64,000 nucleotides of DNA, from the NCBI GenBank assembly GCA_043804925.1, contig JAZDIP010000047.1:14987-78986 (forward strand), given 5' to 3'. This document shows positions 40,991 through 51,226 of this stretch, in pieces; the stretch's first letter is position 1; each line of letters opens with the position of its first letter. This DNA comes from a bacterium (GTDB lineage Bacteria; Bacteroidota; Ignavibacteria; Kapaibacteriales; UBA2268). The notes below the pieces were generated by a model. The model made no database searches, was not told the DNA's origin, and worked only from the letters and a program-made list of their open reading frames with translations. The translations under genes were made by a program, and so were the position numbers.

Positions 40991-41551
40991 ATGAAAAATT
41001 TTAAAATAACAAATTATATATTTTTTGCTTTTTGCTGTTTATTGTTTTTGGTATCATGTGATAACGATGAACCATCAGAGAAGTTAAATAAATATTACAA
41101 AGATATGGAAAACAGATATTATCCACTTAAAGATATATCCTTTGAAATGGCAAGCTTTCAACTTAATTGGGTTTTATTGCATCTTCAAATAGCTGAAATA
41201 TGTCCTAAAGATTGTAAAATCTCTTGTTATACTAATAAGCAAAAAGAAAGATTTCTTAAATCTTATTATACTGGGAAGTTGTATAAACAAATGATGAATA
41301 ACAGATATTTTCTTGAATCCATATTAACTCTGAAGAAAGCAAGTATAGATTCACTAAATGATTTAATTTTTAAGCTTAGAAATTATCGAACATATGTTAG
41401 TGCTGATGAAAATAAAAGCGGAGATAAACGAATTACAACTGAAGCCGGTTGTCATGTAGAATTAAAAATTGACTCAATATTTTCACAAATAATTATTGAC
41501 TTCATTAAACTCGATGAAAAAAGGATAAGGTCAATATGGAGAAAGGAATAA
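40991..41551 (+). CDS. hypothetical lipoprotein
   Basis: Lipobox LVSC. No recognised motif. Confidence 0.4.
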   Translation: MKNFKITNYIFFAFCCLLFLVSCDNDEPSEKLNKYYKDMENRYYPLKDISFEMASFQLNWVLLHLQIAEICPKDCKISCYTNKQKERFLKSYYTGKLYKQMMNNRYFLESILTLKKASIDSLNDLIFKLRNYRTYVSADENKSGDKRITTEAGCHVELKIDSIFSQIIIDFIKLDEKRIRSIWRKE

Positions 41552-41701
41552 TATATCCAAAATTGGTTGATATGTCTTTACATTGAATTATAAAACATCT
41601 CTGAAAAAGATTAGATTATATTGTTAAGAGTGGATGCAATGGATTATTTCTAAAATAATAAATATAATTTTTATATAATAATATTATCACAGGAGTATAA
41701 A

Positions 41702-42838
41702 ATGAAAAAATTAATTACTTTACTTAGCATTATCCTCGCTTTTGCAGGATGTAAAACGGTTGAGATTTGTCCACCGGTGATTTACTCACCTACTTATGTT
41801 ACTTGTTTCGATAAAGTACCGGCTGTTTTTGAGTTTGCCATATCACCTTATCATGGCAATGGGATTAATGTAGTAGTAGGAAAAGTTCTGGATATGAAAG
41901 GTGATTCTGTTGCTACACTAACATGCATTCCCTTATACCAAATTGCTGATGTTATGGCTTATCCTCCAACACCATATGGTAAACAAGAATGGAGAGGAAC
42001 AGTTGATAAAATTTTACCTGAAGGAAAATACAAAATTGAATTATCACATGAATGCCATGAATTATTTACCATGAGTGCTTCAATACTTGAAATATTTAAA
42101 ACAGGTTTGATTAATGCAGATGAGCTTGACAGGAATTTGAATTTCCTGACAGTTTATGGTAGTAGATTAAGTATAAATGCTCAACCATTTTCAGGTAGCA
42201 AAATAATTGCTGATCAATTCAGAATCTATTTAAGTACTGACGTTGATAAACTAAGTCCACCTTTCGCAGGATTGTACATGGATGAAACCATAGAAATTGG
42301 TGCTAAAGCAAATAATGTTACATTAGAAGTTGTGTGGATTCAACCTTACACGAATAAAGAGGTAGTACTTTTTCAAGAAAAGAACTATTCAATAAAACAA
42401 AAACAACCAACAATCAATACTAGGAATCAAAGAGTTATTGCAGATTCGGAGGATGGTAAAAAAATCAGTATTGTTTCTCAGAGTTTGGAAATCTTTTATC
42501 CTCCAATCGGTACTTTGGATGAAAGCAGTTCAAAAAAAGCAGAAATTAAAATATCAGCCAAAAACGGAACTGTCAATATCAATGGTGGAACTTATGAATT
42601 TTCATCGGACCCTCAAATAGAAACTGAATTTGATGAGAACTCAATAAGAGTAAGAATCTTTACTGAACTTACGGGCTCTTTGGACAAAGGTCAAAAATCA
42701 ATAGAGGGAACAATCTCTTTGGAATTAAGAGCTACTGCCATAAATCCAATTAACGGAAAAGCATCAGATATCAAAAAGGAACCGATTACAGTACCCATTA
42801 ATATTTCCATCGATAAATCAGGTAAAGAAAAAAAATAA
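41702..42838 (+). CDS. hypothetical lipoprotein
   Basis: Lipobox FAGC. Beta-rich. No recognised motif. Confidence 0.4.
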   Translation: MKKLITLLSIILAFAGCKTVEICPPVIYSPTYVTCFDKVPAVFEFAISPYHGNGINVVVGKVLDMKGDSVATLTCIPLYQIADVMAYPPTPYGKQEWRGTVDKILPEGKYKIELSHECHELFTMSASILEIFKTGLINADELDRNLNFLTVYGSRLSINAQPFSGSKIIADQFRIYLSTDVDKLSPPFAGLYMDETIEIGAKANNVTLEVVWIQPYTNKEVVLFQEKNYSIKQKQPTINTRNQRVIADSEDGKKISIVSQSLEIFYPPIGTLDESSSKKAEIKISAKNGTVNINGGTYEFSSDPQIETEFDENSIRVRIFTELTGSLDKGQKSIEGTISLELRATAINPINGKASDIKKEPITVPINISIDKSGKEKK

Positions 42839-42893
42839 GTAAATAAAAATAAAAATCGAAATAAACATTTTAAAATTAATTTTTGAGGGAAAT

Positions 42894-43706
42894 ATGAAAA
42901 ATCAAAAACTATATTGGCTTTTACTAATAATTTGTTGTGTTTTTATTGGTAATAGTATAATGAATGCACAAACCTACAAGGAAATGGAAATAACCGTTGA
43001 GGTCGAAGTTACGATTGAGCCGGACCCAAATCCTGACACTCTACCTTTGCCACCTCCAATTTATATTAATCTGCTTGCTGATGTTGAATCTCCAAGTAAA
43101 GACACAACAGGTAAAACATATATTTCCGGTAATGCAATAGAAGGGGAAAGAATATCTGTAAAAAGTAATTTGATTTCCTCAGATATTAATCAATATATAA
43201 TTGAAAAAAGATTGTTTAAAACTTTAGCTTCGAGTCATTCGGGTTATTGGAAATATTATATTGACAGTAGTGTTTCGATGGACTTTGGAGTATTATATTC
43301 AACCGATAAGGCAGGTTTGGCAGTACTAAATATGGATAGCACTAAGACTGTACTTGGAGGTATAAAATTTAAAAATGACTTATGTAGACCGGCAACAGTA
43401 ATTCTGAAAATGAAAGATTTCAATAAAGATAACTCTAAAGAAAAGAAAGTTAAAATAGACCTGGATACGATTTATTTCAAGATTGAACTCCCCAAAGAAG
43501 GAATGTTAAAGAACGATAAAGGCGACATGATGAGAATCAATTATCTAACATCTTCAAAAGAAATTTGGCATGTCAAAAAGGATGAAAATTCTAAAATTAA
43601 GATTACAGGTGCTATTGAATTAACAGCAAAACAGCCAAAAGGCACTTATCGGGGAAAATTTACTTGCAAAGTAATTTTCGTTTTACCGGATATAGTTGTG
43701 AGATAA
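42894..43706 (+). CDS. hypothetical secreted protein
   Basis: Signal peptide. No recognised motif. Confidence 0.4.
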   Translation: MKNQKLYWLLLIICCVFIGNSIMNAQTYKEMEITVEVEVTIEPDPNPDTLPLPPPIYINLLADVESPSKDTTGKTYISGNAIEGERISVKSNLISSDINQYIIEKRLFKTLASSHSGYWKYYIDSSVSMDFGVLYSTDKAGLAVLNMDSTKTVLGGIKFKNDLCRPATVILKMKDFNKDNSKEKKVKIDLDTIYFKIELPKEGMLKNDKGDMMRINYLTSSKEIWHVKKDENSKIKITGAIELTAKQPKGTYRGKFTCKVIFVLPDIVVR

Positions 43707-43719
43707 AATAAAAAATATT

Positions 43720-43752
43720 TTTCGAGATTTTACCATTTGTCTCAACATAGTA
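43720..43752 (+). promoter_or_regulatory. conserved promoter-like motif TTTCGAGATTT-N12-CAACATAGTA, copy B
   Basis: Followed by AGGAGG and an ATG at 43799. Confidence 0.55.
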
Positions 43753-43798
43753 GTCGTAGTTAATAAATAGTTTTAGAAAATTTTTATAGGAGGCAATA

Positions 43799-43903
43799 AT
43801 GGAAAAGCACGATACAGTTACATTCAGAAAAGTCAAGGATACAATATACTGGTTTGTATTCTTTTTGTTAATGCTTTTGGTTTGTTTACCATTGGCTTTT
43901 TAG
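43799..43903 (+). CDS. small hydrophobic peptide (34 aa, MEKHDTVTFRKVKDTIYWFVFFLLMLLVCLPLAF)
   Basis: Strong AGGAGG SD 7 nt upstream and a single TM helix. Missed by the >=60 aa ORF track. Sits directly downstream of motif copy B. Confidence 0.35.
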   Translation: MEKHDTVTFRKVKDTIYWFVFFLLMLLVCLPLAF

Positions 43904-43945
43904 TAGGGAATTATTATATCAATAATTATTATAAGAGGTGAAGTA

Positions 43946-44581
43946 ATGTTAGTATTTGAGAATGAAGATGGAAAACAAAAGACAGTAGAAGAGGGTTGGT
44001 CATGGGTTGGTTTCTTTTTCCCTCACATCTGGGTTTTTGTAAAAGGACTTTGGGAAATTGGATTCCTGTTTGTACTTTTTGTTGCTATACAAATTCTAAC
44101 AATTGGTATTCAGGAACTTGGAATTGTCTACTGGATTATCAGTATTGTTGCAAGATTTATTATCGGTGCTAAGGGTAATAAAATGGTTGTAGATAACCTT
44201 ATAAAAAAAGGATATTATCAAACTGGTGGTGTTACTAATATTGAAGAATATATCCAAAGAGCTGAGCGTCTTATTGAGATAGAGAATTACGAGGGAGCAA
44301 TTAGAAATTATTCATTCTACATTGAAATCAATGATAGCAATCCGGAAGTGTTTTTAAATAGAGGAATGGCACATTTCGATATAAAGAATTACAGTGAGGC
44401 TTTATCTGATTACAACACAGCTTTAAATCTAAATCCAAAATATTCAGATGCACTTTACTGCCGTGGTGAAGTCAAAATCGAATTTGAGGATATTGAAGGT
44501 GCTTGTAAAGATTTTTTCAAAGCACAAGAATTGGGCGACAAAGATGCTGATGAAATGATTGCAAAATATTGTAGTGCATGA
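43946..44581 (+). CDS. membrane-anchored TPR-repeat protein
   Basis: Two N-terminal TM helices, then three TPR units (AIRNYSFYIEINDSNPEVFLNRGMAHFDIKNYSEALSDYNTALNLNPKYSDALYCRGE...). Confidence 0.55.
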   Translation: MLVFENEDGKQKTVEEGWSWVGFFFPHIWVFVKGLWEIGFLFVLFVAIQILTIGIQELGIVYWIISIVARFIIGAKGNKMVVDNLIKKGYYQTGGVTNIEEYIQRAERLIEIENYEGAIRNYSFYIEINDSNPEVFLNRGMAHFDIKNYSEALSDYNTALNLNPKYSDALYCRGEVKIEFEDIEGACKDFFKAQELGDKDADEMIAKYCSA

Positions 44582-44665
44582 TTTCAAGTAACACTTATTG
44601 AATAATGAATATCATTGATATTATTAAATTTTAAATGATTGTTTACCTTATAAAAAGGAGGTTTT

Positions 44666-44974
44666 ATGTTTAAAAATCCATTTTCTTTCAAAGGTCGCAT
44701 TCGTCGCAGCGAGTACGGAATTAGCTTCATAATAAGTTTCATCTTACAAATCTTATTTAGAATTTCTGAGTTAGAGATAGAACCATTAGTGATATTATTT
44801 TTATATATTCCGGTTTCTTGGTTTATGCTAGCACAGGGTGCAAAAAGAGCTCATGATCTTGACTCAAGTGGATGGATACAAATTATTCCATTTGTTGTGT
44901 TATGGTTGATATTTGGAAAAGGTAATGTTGGGAAAAATGATTATGGGCCTGATCCTAAAGAAATATCCGGATAA
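44666..44974 (+). CDS. DUF805-family inner-membrane protein
   Basis: FKGRIRRSEYGISFI ... AKRAHDLDSSGW matches the DUF805 pattern (GRI.R.eYw...ikRlHD.g.sgw). Confidence 0.6.
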   Translation: MFKNPFSFKGRIRRSEYGISFIISFILQILFRISELEIEPLVILFLYIPVSWFMLAQGAKRAHDLDSSGWIQIIPFVVLWLIFGKGNVGKNDYGPDPKEISG

Positions 44975-45037
44975 AGATATTTCATGAGTATAAAATAAAG
45001 CATAATAATTATTAACAATAATAAAGAGGAATAAGCT

Positions 45038-46192
45038 ATGGAAAATAATAATACAACATTTAAGCAAAAGTCAATTTACTATCAAGATGCTTCAGATAGG
45101 ACAAAAGAAAGTGGTATAAATTCAGCTCTGAGTATCATAGGATGGTCATTTATAATTGGCTCTGTTGGATTTATAATTTGGATTATCTCCAGAACATTTT
45201 TCTCAACCATCGGTTTTCTTGTTACTATAGGTGGAGTTATTGGTATAATAGTTGGACTTATAAGAACAATAATTAACATTGTTCGTAAAACAAAGAGGAT
45301 AAAATGTCCGAAATGCAATACTGAAGTAAATGTTTATGGCTCAGTAAAAAAGTATATGTGTCTCAATTGTAGGAGTTTACTGCTTTTAGGCAAAGATAGT
45401 ACTTTAAATTTAAAACCTAAAAAATGTCATTATTGTGGACATGAAACATTTGTAACCGAGGACCATGGCAATTTCTTATGCTCCGATTGTGGTATCATTT
45501 TGCAAAGCAATACATCTTCATATAAAAATAAGGACGAGAGGGAAATTAACAATCTCATTAACTGCCCCAATTGCAATAAACAAGTTCCCAAAACAGTAAT
45601 TTATTGCAAATATTGTAATGAGATATTAATAAATGAATTTGAATTATGTAGTGTCAGTGACCAATTACGATATGACCTAGATTGGAAAATCGGTAAAAGT
45701 TCATTAGGTCATTTTAATTATGCAAGAGCAGTTCTTAAAAATATTCGAGTTTTAATTTTAAAAGCGGAAAATCTTTGGGCTGTTCGAAATTTAAAATGGA
45801 AACTTGAAACTGTTTTTATCTCTTTAGAGGAAGCTATTACAGATCATAAGTTATATCAAGAAATAGGAAATTTACTACCTGAGATTGATTTACTTTATTC
45901 TGATATTTTAGAGCAGGAACTGAAATTTGTAAAAAGATTTGATCAAAAGATAAAATATCCTAAAGATGAATTCTCATTGATAACTTATGAGCCACAAATA
46001 CAAATCCGAAGAAAAATTGAATCTATCTTTGGTTCCAGACTCGAAGCGATTGGCTCTGTTGGTGTATGGGGAAATAATCTTGTCGAGATTAAAGAATTCG
46101 ACAAAAAAGCAAGATTAGAAAGTTATTCAAACTTAGAATCAGAAGTTGAACGGTTCTTAAAATGGAAATCAAAACATAAAGAAACGAATTAA
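45038..46192 (+). CDS. membrane protein with three zinc-ribbon modules and a C-terminal cytosolic domain
   Basis: Two TM helices, then CPKCN..CLNCRS, CHYCGH..CSDCG and CPNCNK..CKYCN. Confidence 0.45.
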   Translation: MENNNTTFKQKSIYYQDASDRTKESGINSALSIIGWSFIIGSVGFIIWIISRTFFSTIGFLVTIGGVIGIIVGLIRTIINIVRKTKRIKCPKCNTEVNVYGSVKKYMCLNCRSLLLLGKDSTLNLKPKKCHYCGHETFVTEDHGNFLCSDCGIILQSNTSSYKNKDEREINNLINCPNCNKQVPKTVIYCKYCNEILINEFELCSVSDQLRYDLDWKIGKSSLGHFNYARAVLKNIRVLILKAENLWAVRNLKWKLETVFISLEEAITDHKLYQEIGNLLPEIDLLYSDILEQELKFVKRFDQKIKYPKDEFSLITYEPQIQIRRKIESIFGSRLEAIGSVGVWGNNLVEIKEFDKKARLESYSNLESEVERFLKWKSKHKETN

Positions 46193-46233
46193 ATAAATAC
46201 TAGATGTTCCATATAAATTTAGAATATAAAAGA

Positions 46234-48399
46234 ATGAAAAAAATAGTAACAACATTAGTAATTTTATACTCTACGTTTTTTGCAAACCTCTTTTCTCAAG
46301 ATAGCTCAAATGTGCCCTGCAAAGTTTTGGGCTTCGGAAAATTACATGATATTGCTATAAGTCCCGACAGTAAGAAATTAGCTAGTGCTTCATCAGCTAT
46401 GATTGTGATATGGGATTTGGAGACTGGAGATTCACTAAAAACTCTATCTGGAAATTCAGATTATATAAGGTCCATCAGTTGGTCACCAGATAGTAAAATC
46501 CTTATTGGTGGGAGTAATAATGGGACAATATTTTTTTGGAATATTTCCAGCGGTAAAATAATCAGGACCATCAAGGCATATTCACATGGTTATGTTTGGT
46601 CTGTTAGCTGTTCACCAAAAGGGAATATTCTTGCAACCGTAAAATCGGATAAGACAATAAAAATATGGGACATTTCCAGCGGTAAAGAAATCATAACTTT
46701 AAAAGGGCATACTGATTGGATATGGTCGGTCAGTTGGTCCCCGGACGGCAAAAGACTAGCCAGTGTGAGTGCGGATAAGACAATAAAAATATGGGACATT
46801 TCCAGAGGTAAAGCAATCCGAACACTTGAAGGACATACTGATGATGTAGGATCAGTCGCATGGAGTCCTGACGGCAAAAAGTTGGCAAGCGGAAGCTTGG
46901 ATAATACAATAAAGTTATGGGATATAGAGAACGTCAAAGAACTGATGACTCTCAAAGGGTATGCTTATTCACAAAATTCTGTAAGTTGGAGTCCCGATGG
47001 CAGCAAACTGGCAAGCGGAAGTTTGGATATGACTATCAGAATATGGGATGCAACAAGCGGCAAAAAACTGAAAAAACTTGAAGGGCATACAAAAGGGATA
47101 CATTCAGTCAGTTGGAGTCCCGATGGTACAAAACTAGTAAGCGGAAGTGGAGATGGAACAATTAGGATATGGTATTTAGAACCGGAAGAAGAAAAAGAGA
47201 GAATTAAAATTCCACCGATTGCCTTGTCTTTTTCAGGAGTTTTTATTCCAATTATTGTTCGGGAGTATGAAGGTGTTCAATCAACCAACAAAAATGTTGA
47301 CACATATTTATCTCCGGAAATGATGCTAAAAGTAAATGTATATGACAGGTTCAGTTTTTGGGTAAACTACACAAAGCCATTTATTACTTCATCCTCGTCC
47401 ATTAATGAAAAGAAAATTTTTAGCGAATGGAACGGAAATGCTTTTGGCTTTGGAATTGGTTACAATATTTTCAATCCCGAAAACAGATGGGGATTAAATG
47501 CATATCTCGGCTGGCTGTATTACGATAGTAAAGCAGTATCGGAATACAACAGCCAAAAGATGAACGGTAGAACGATTTGGCGGGCTTTTTCAATTGGTGC
47601 TGAATTAACCTACAGACCAATCGAGAGCTTTCCCGGATTGCAATTAACATTCAGACCTACTTTAAATTATTCATTAAATGAAGACCTGGTATTTAATATT
47701 TCTAATAATCCAATTATTATTGGACATAGCTTAGCGAATATAAATTTAGGAGTTAGGTATACTTTTGATTTGGGATTTACTTCAGAATCAAAAGCTGAAA
47801 CTGAGGAAATTGTGAAAAGAGAAGAGATAGAAGAAGTTAATATATGCGACCAAATCTGGATGAAAAAAAATCTCGATGTTGAGCATTATCGAAACGGTGA
47901 CTCAATTCTGTATTGTGAGACGCAAGCAGAATGGAAAGAAGCATATAATAACAAAGAAGGTGCTTGGTGCTATTGTAATAACGACTCAACAAACGGGAGA
48001 ATTTACGGTAGACTTTATAATTGGTATGCAGTAAACGACTCAAGAGGACTTGCTCCCGAGGGCTGGCATGTGTCCACATTTGATGAGTGGACTGAATTAG
48101 TTAACTGTCTTGGAGGAAAAGATGTGGCTGGAGGTAAGCTAAAAGAAGCAGGAACGACTCATTGGAATAGTCCAAATACTGGAGCCACTAATGAAAGTGG
48201 TTTTACTGCTCTTCCGGGAGGTGCCTGTGCTACTAATGGCAATTCTGGAGATAATGGTATTCATGGCAATTGGTGGGTGTTAAATAAAAAATTTTCTAAT
48301 AATAAAATTTGGAGCTTTTACTTAAATTATAAATCAGTCTCTATAAAGAGTTTCGATTTTAAGGATATGGGTTTTTCTGTTCGCTGTGTAAAGGATTAA
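46234..48399 (+). CDS. WD40-repeat / beta-barrel / Fibrobacter-succinogenes-major-paralogous-domain (Fib_succ_major) fusion protein
   Basis: Signal peptide. Seven WD40 units (GH..WSVSWSPDGK.LASGS.D.TIKIWD). A central region has an alternating beta-strand pattern. The C-terminus matches TIGR02145 closely (ICDQIWMKKNLDV...GRLYNWYAV...EGWHVSTFDEWTELVNCLGG...ESGFTALPGG...GFSVRCVKD). Confidence 0.75.
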   Translation: MKKIVTTLVILYSTFFANLFSQDSSNVPCKVLGFGKLHDIAISPDSKKLASASSAMIVIWDLETGDSLKTLSGNSDYIRSISWSPDSKILIGGSNNGTIFFWNISSGKIIRTIKAYSHGYVWSVSCSPKGNILATVKSDKTIKIWDISSGKEIITLKGHTDWIWSVSWSPDGKRLASVSADKTIKIWDISRGKAIRTLEGHTDDVGSVAWSPDGKKLASGSLDNTIKLWDIENVKELMTLKGYAYSQNSVSWSPDGSKLASGSLDMTIRIWDATSGKKLKKLEGHTKGIHSVSWSPDGTKLVSGSGDGTIRIWYLEPEEEKERIKIPPIALSFSGVFIPIIVREYEGVQSTNKNVDTYLSPEMMLKVNVYDRFSFWVNYTKPFITSSSSINEKKIFSEWNGNAFGFGIGYNIFNPENRWGLNAYLGWLYYDSKAVSEYNSQKMNGRTIWRAFSIGAELTYRPIESFPGLQLTFRPTLNYSLNEDLVFNISNNPIIIGHSLANINLGVRYTFDLGFTSESKAETEEIVKREEIEEVNICDQIWMKKNLDVEHYRNGDSILYCETQAEWKEAYNNKEGAWCYCNNDSTNGRIYGRLYNWYAVNDSRGLAPEGWHVSTFDEWTELVNCLGGKDVAGGKLKEAGTTHWNSPNTGATNESGFTALPGGACATNGNSGDNGIHGNWWVLNKKFSNNKIWSFYLNYKSVSIKSFDFKDMGFSVRCVKD

Positions 48400-48456
48400 T
48401 TCTTTTACTTTTTTCAGAACTTTTAACTTTTATAAATTTATTTGGGAGGTATAAAG

Positions 48457-49047
48457 ATGAAAAAAATATTATTAATCATGTTATTATTAACTGGGATAAT
48501 ACTTTTATCATGTGGAAAATCCAAAAAAGTACTTGTTCGGAACACGTATCGAACGAATGCAGGTATAGAAGGAGACGTGTCAGGTTTTGTAGAATATAAA
48601 TATGGAATAGACAGAGTTGATGAAGATATTAAAGAAAAAATTCAATTGACAACGGATTTTAGTATTACAGTTGAAAACGAATGGTGCACGGAAATTCCAC
48701 GTTTCAGAGGAGATACTTTTAAAATAAAATCAAAAAACTCCAATGATCCAAAGAATTTCGATTTCTTAGTTAATTTTTACTCTGTCTGGAAAAAGAAAAA
48801 ATTATTTGGTAGTTATCTTGATCCATATTTTAAAATTAAGGAGATATGGGAAGTGATAAATATTAAGGACACAACAAATAAAAAATATTGGGAAATTAAT
48901 TATCAGCTTGATAAGATTGAACTCAACTCTGGTATTCAAAAGTATGATTCAGATATCCAAATAAAGATAAATGAAATTATTTTACCGTTAAGAGCTCCGA
49001 TAATAAAAGAAATAAGGGAATTTATAAATGAGCATTCGAATAAATAA
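48457..49047 (+). CDS. hypothetical lipoprotein
   Basis: Lipobox LLSC. Start after GGGAGG. Confidence 0.4.
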   Translation: MKKILLIMLLLTGIILLSCGKSKKVLVRNTYRTNAGIEGDVSGFVEYKYGIDRVDEDIKEKIQLTTDFSITVENEWCTEIPRFRGDTFKIKSKNSNDPKNFDFLVNFYSVWKKKKLFGSYLDPYFKIKEIWEVINIKDTTNKKYWEINYQLDKIELNSGIQKYDSDIQIKINEIILPLRAPIIKEIREFINEHSNK

Positions 49048-49122
49048 ATAGCACTTAAAATTCAGAAATGAACAGGGATAATAAATGGTGTTCAGAAAAA
49101 ATAAATAATTAATAAAAATTAT

Positions 49123-49154
49123 TTCGAGATTTCTTTGATTCCTCCAACATAATA
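49123..49154 (+). promoter_or_regulatory. conserved promoter-like motif TTTCGAGATTT-N12-CAACATAATA, copy C
   Basis: Lies 43 nt upstream of the ATG at 49197. Confidence 0.55.
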
Positions 49155-49196
49155 CGTAGAATTAAATTTTGTTTTACAAATTATCTGGAGGATACT

Positions 49197-50570
49197 ATGA
49201 AAAAGTTTACTTACCTTTTTGCAATAATTCTATTGCTTTCGTCAAGCAATATTTTATGCCAATATGCAGATATTTCAGCAAGTCCAACCTCTGGGAGTGC
49301 ACCTTTAAAAGTAAGTTTTAGGGCAACTTTTACAGGTGCAACTTGTTTTTCCTCATATTGGAATTTTGGAGATGGATATACATCAACATCAACCTCTCCA
49401 ACACATACATATACTAAACCCGGTAAATATACTGTGCAGGCAGAATTTGAGATAATGACAAATGATTATCCGATTCCGATAACATGTCGTATTACAAGAA
49501 TTGGATATATAAATGTTACTCAAACAAATCCGACTCCCAATTTAGTTGTTTCTGATAAGACGATGTATTTTAGTGGTCCTATCCAAACGGATACATTTCT
49601 CTATAATAATCTAAAAAATTCTAATTATGGTTATTACTATTGGAAACCTGGTACTAAAATGGCAATGGCAATGCATCCGAAGGGTTCATGTAAAATTCAA
49701 GCAATCCAGGTGTATTGCAGCGATAAAACACAAAATTTTAAAATCGGCATTAATAATTTGAATGAAAATCCCGATAGCGAATTGTATGAATCTCAAGTAT
49801 TAACTTCTACTCAAAAAGGATGGTATGAACATAATGTAGAAAATAAAAATATTAGCATTAATGGTAATTTTCTAGCTTCTTTTAATATGATTGATACTAT
49901 AGCTTCTTTAGGTTATAACAAAAATTATTGTGACAGAGCATGGGATTTTGATGGTTCAACTTGGTCAAAGTATAATGAGACCTACTTTATTAATGCGATT
50001 GTGAAGTACCATAAACCAGTGAGTCCGGAAGGAAATATAGTACTTAATAATTTAGGCGGAAATAATCTTGTAATTAGTGAAGTTATTCCTAATAACGACT
50101 GGATCATTAATATTTCACCCGACACTTTAGTCGTTCCATATAATGTGCAAAAAAGTATCAAATTTTCTTTCGATTATTCAAAGATGTCCTATGGGATTAA
50201 CAGTGGAACTATTACCATATTCTCTAATGATCCAAATAAGTCTCAATTCGATGTTTATATTACTTCTGAAAGATTGATTACTGATGTTGCGGAAAAAAGA
50301 ACATTTTCAAATCCAGTATTAAATATTTTCCCAAATCCAGTTAAAGATAAAATGATAATTCAATATCATTTAAACCAAATCCAAAATGTAGAGTTATCAA
50401 TAACAAATGACTTGGGAATTGAGTGTGCCAAATTCACAAACTCAGCTAAAATATTTTCGAATGATAATACAATTGAATTTGATACAAATCACTTAGCTTC
50501 GGGAGTATATTTTTGCACACTTAGATGTGAAGATTATGTTGAAACAATTAAGTTTTTTGTTATCAGGTAA
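49197..50570 (+). CDS. PKD-domain secreted protein with T9SS C-terminal sorting domain
   Basis: Signal peptide. The N-terminal PKD-like segment ends ...WNFGDGYTSTSTSPTHTY. The C-terminal NIFPNPVKDKMIIQY...GVYFCTL...KFFVIR is a Por_Secre_tail. Confidence 0.65.
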   Translation: MKKFTYLFAIILLLSSSNILCQYADISASPTSGSAPLKVSFRATFTGATCFSSYWNFGDGYTSTSTSPTHTYTKPGKYTVQAEFEIMTNDYPIPITCRITRIGYINVTQTNPTPNLVVSDKTMYFSGPIQTDTFLYNNLKNSNYGYYYWKPGTKMAMAMHPKGSCKIQAIQVYCSDKTQNFKIGINNLNENPDSELYESQVLTSTQKGWYEHNVENKNISINGNFLASFNMIDTIASLGYNKNYCDRAWDFDGSTWSKYNETYFINAIVKYHKPVSPEGNIVLNNLGGNNLVISEVIPNNDWIINISPDTLVVPYNVQKSIKFSFDYSKMSYGINSGTITIFSNDPNKSQFDVYITSERLITDVAEKRTFSNPVLNIFPNPVKDKMIIQYHLNQIQNVELSITNDLGIECAKFTNSAKIFSNDNTIEFDTNHLASGVYFCTLRCEDYVETIKFFVIR

Positions 50571-50617
50571 AGAATAATATTTGTTAAAAATAATTAGAAA
50601 CGTAAAGGGAAAATACC

Positions 50618-51223
50618 ATGCAAGAAAATTTAATTGAATATTTGCGGTCAATAACTGTTGCCAGTTATATAGTTCTTATCAATCCTTTAAAACGTGTACC
50701 AAGAAGGATAGGTGGTAATGCAATGCGTCACTCACTTTCCTGTTTTAATATACTTCTTGACTATGAGATTTACGATTCTTTAGCTTTAAAAATTGGTTTA
50801 TGTCATGATTTATTAGAGGACCATCCCGACAAGGACTGGAATTATGACGGAATTAAAAAGCAAATATATGATGCGGATGAAGAAGGACATCAGGTACTAG
50901 AGAGAGTTGAAGAAATTACAAAAAGATTTGATGAATCTAAAGAACAATACTTGAAACGTCTGATTAATTCACCTTTTGAGCGGGTTAAAATTGTTAAGGG
51001 TGCTGATAGAATAGCAAATCTAACGGATTTAAATACCGATTTTACTGATTTGGATAAAATAAAACAGACTATTATTCAAACCCGTGATTTGGTAATTCCT
51101 ATATTAGGTACAGTGAAAAATGAATATAAGACACAGGCAAATTTTATGATAACTGAATTAACCGATTTAATCAGCAACAGAATGAGTATTGTTGAAAAAT
51201 TTGAAAATAACAAGAAAGAATAA
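50618..51223 (+). CDS. HD-domain protein of the RelA/SpoT (p)ppGpp-hydrolase type (small alarmone hydrolase-like)
   Basis: MRHSL..(His), GLCHDLLEDH (HD..ED) and IVKGADRIANLTDL (compare the SpoT motif vKLADRLHNMRTL). About 200 aa and single-domain. Confidence 0.55.
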   Translation: MQENLIEYLRSITVASYIVLINPLKRVPRRIGGNAMRHSLSCFNILLDYEIYDSLALKIGLCHDLLEDHPDKDWNYDGIKKQIYDADEEGHQVLERVEEITKRFDESKEQYLKRLINSPFERVKIVKGADRIANLTDLNTDFTDLDKIKQTIIQTRDLVIPILGTVKNEYKTQANFMITELTDLISNRMSIVEKFENNKKE

Positions 51224-51226
51224 TTC

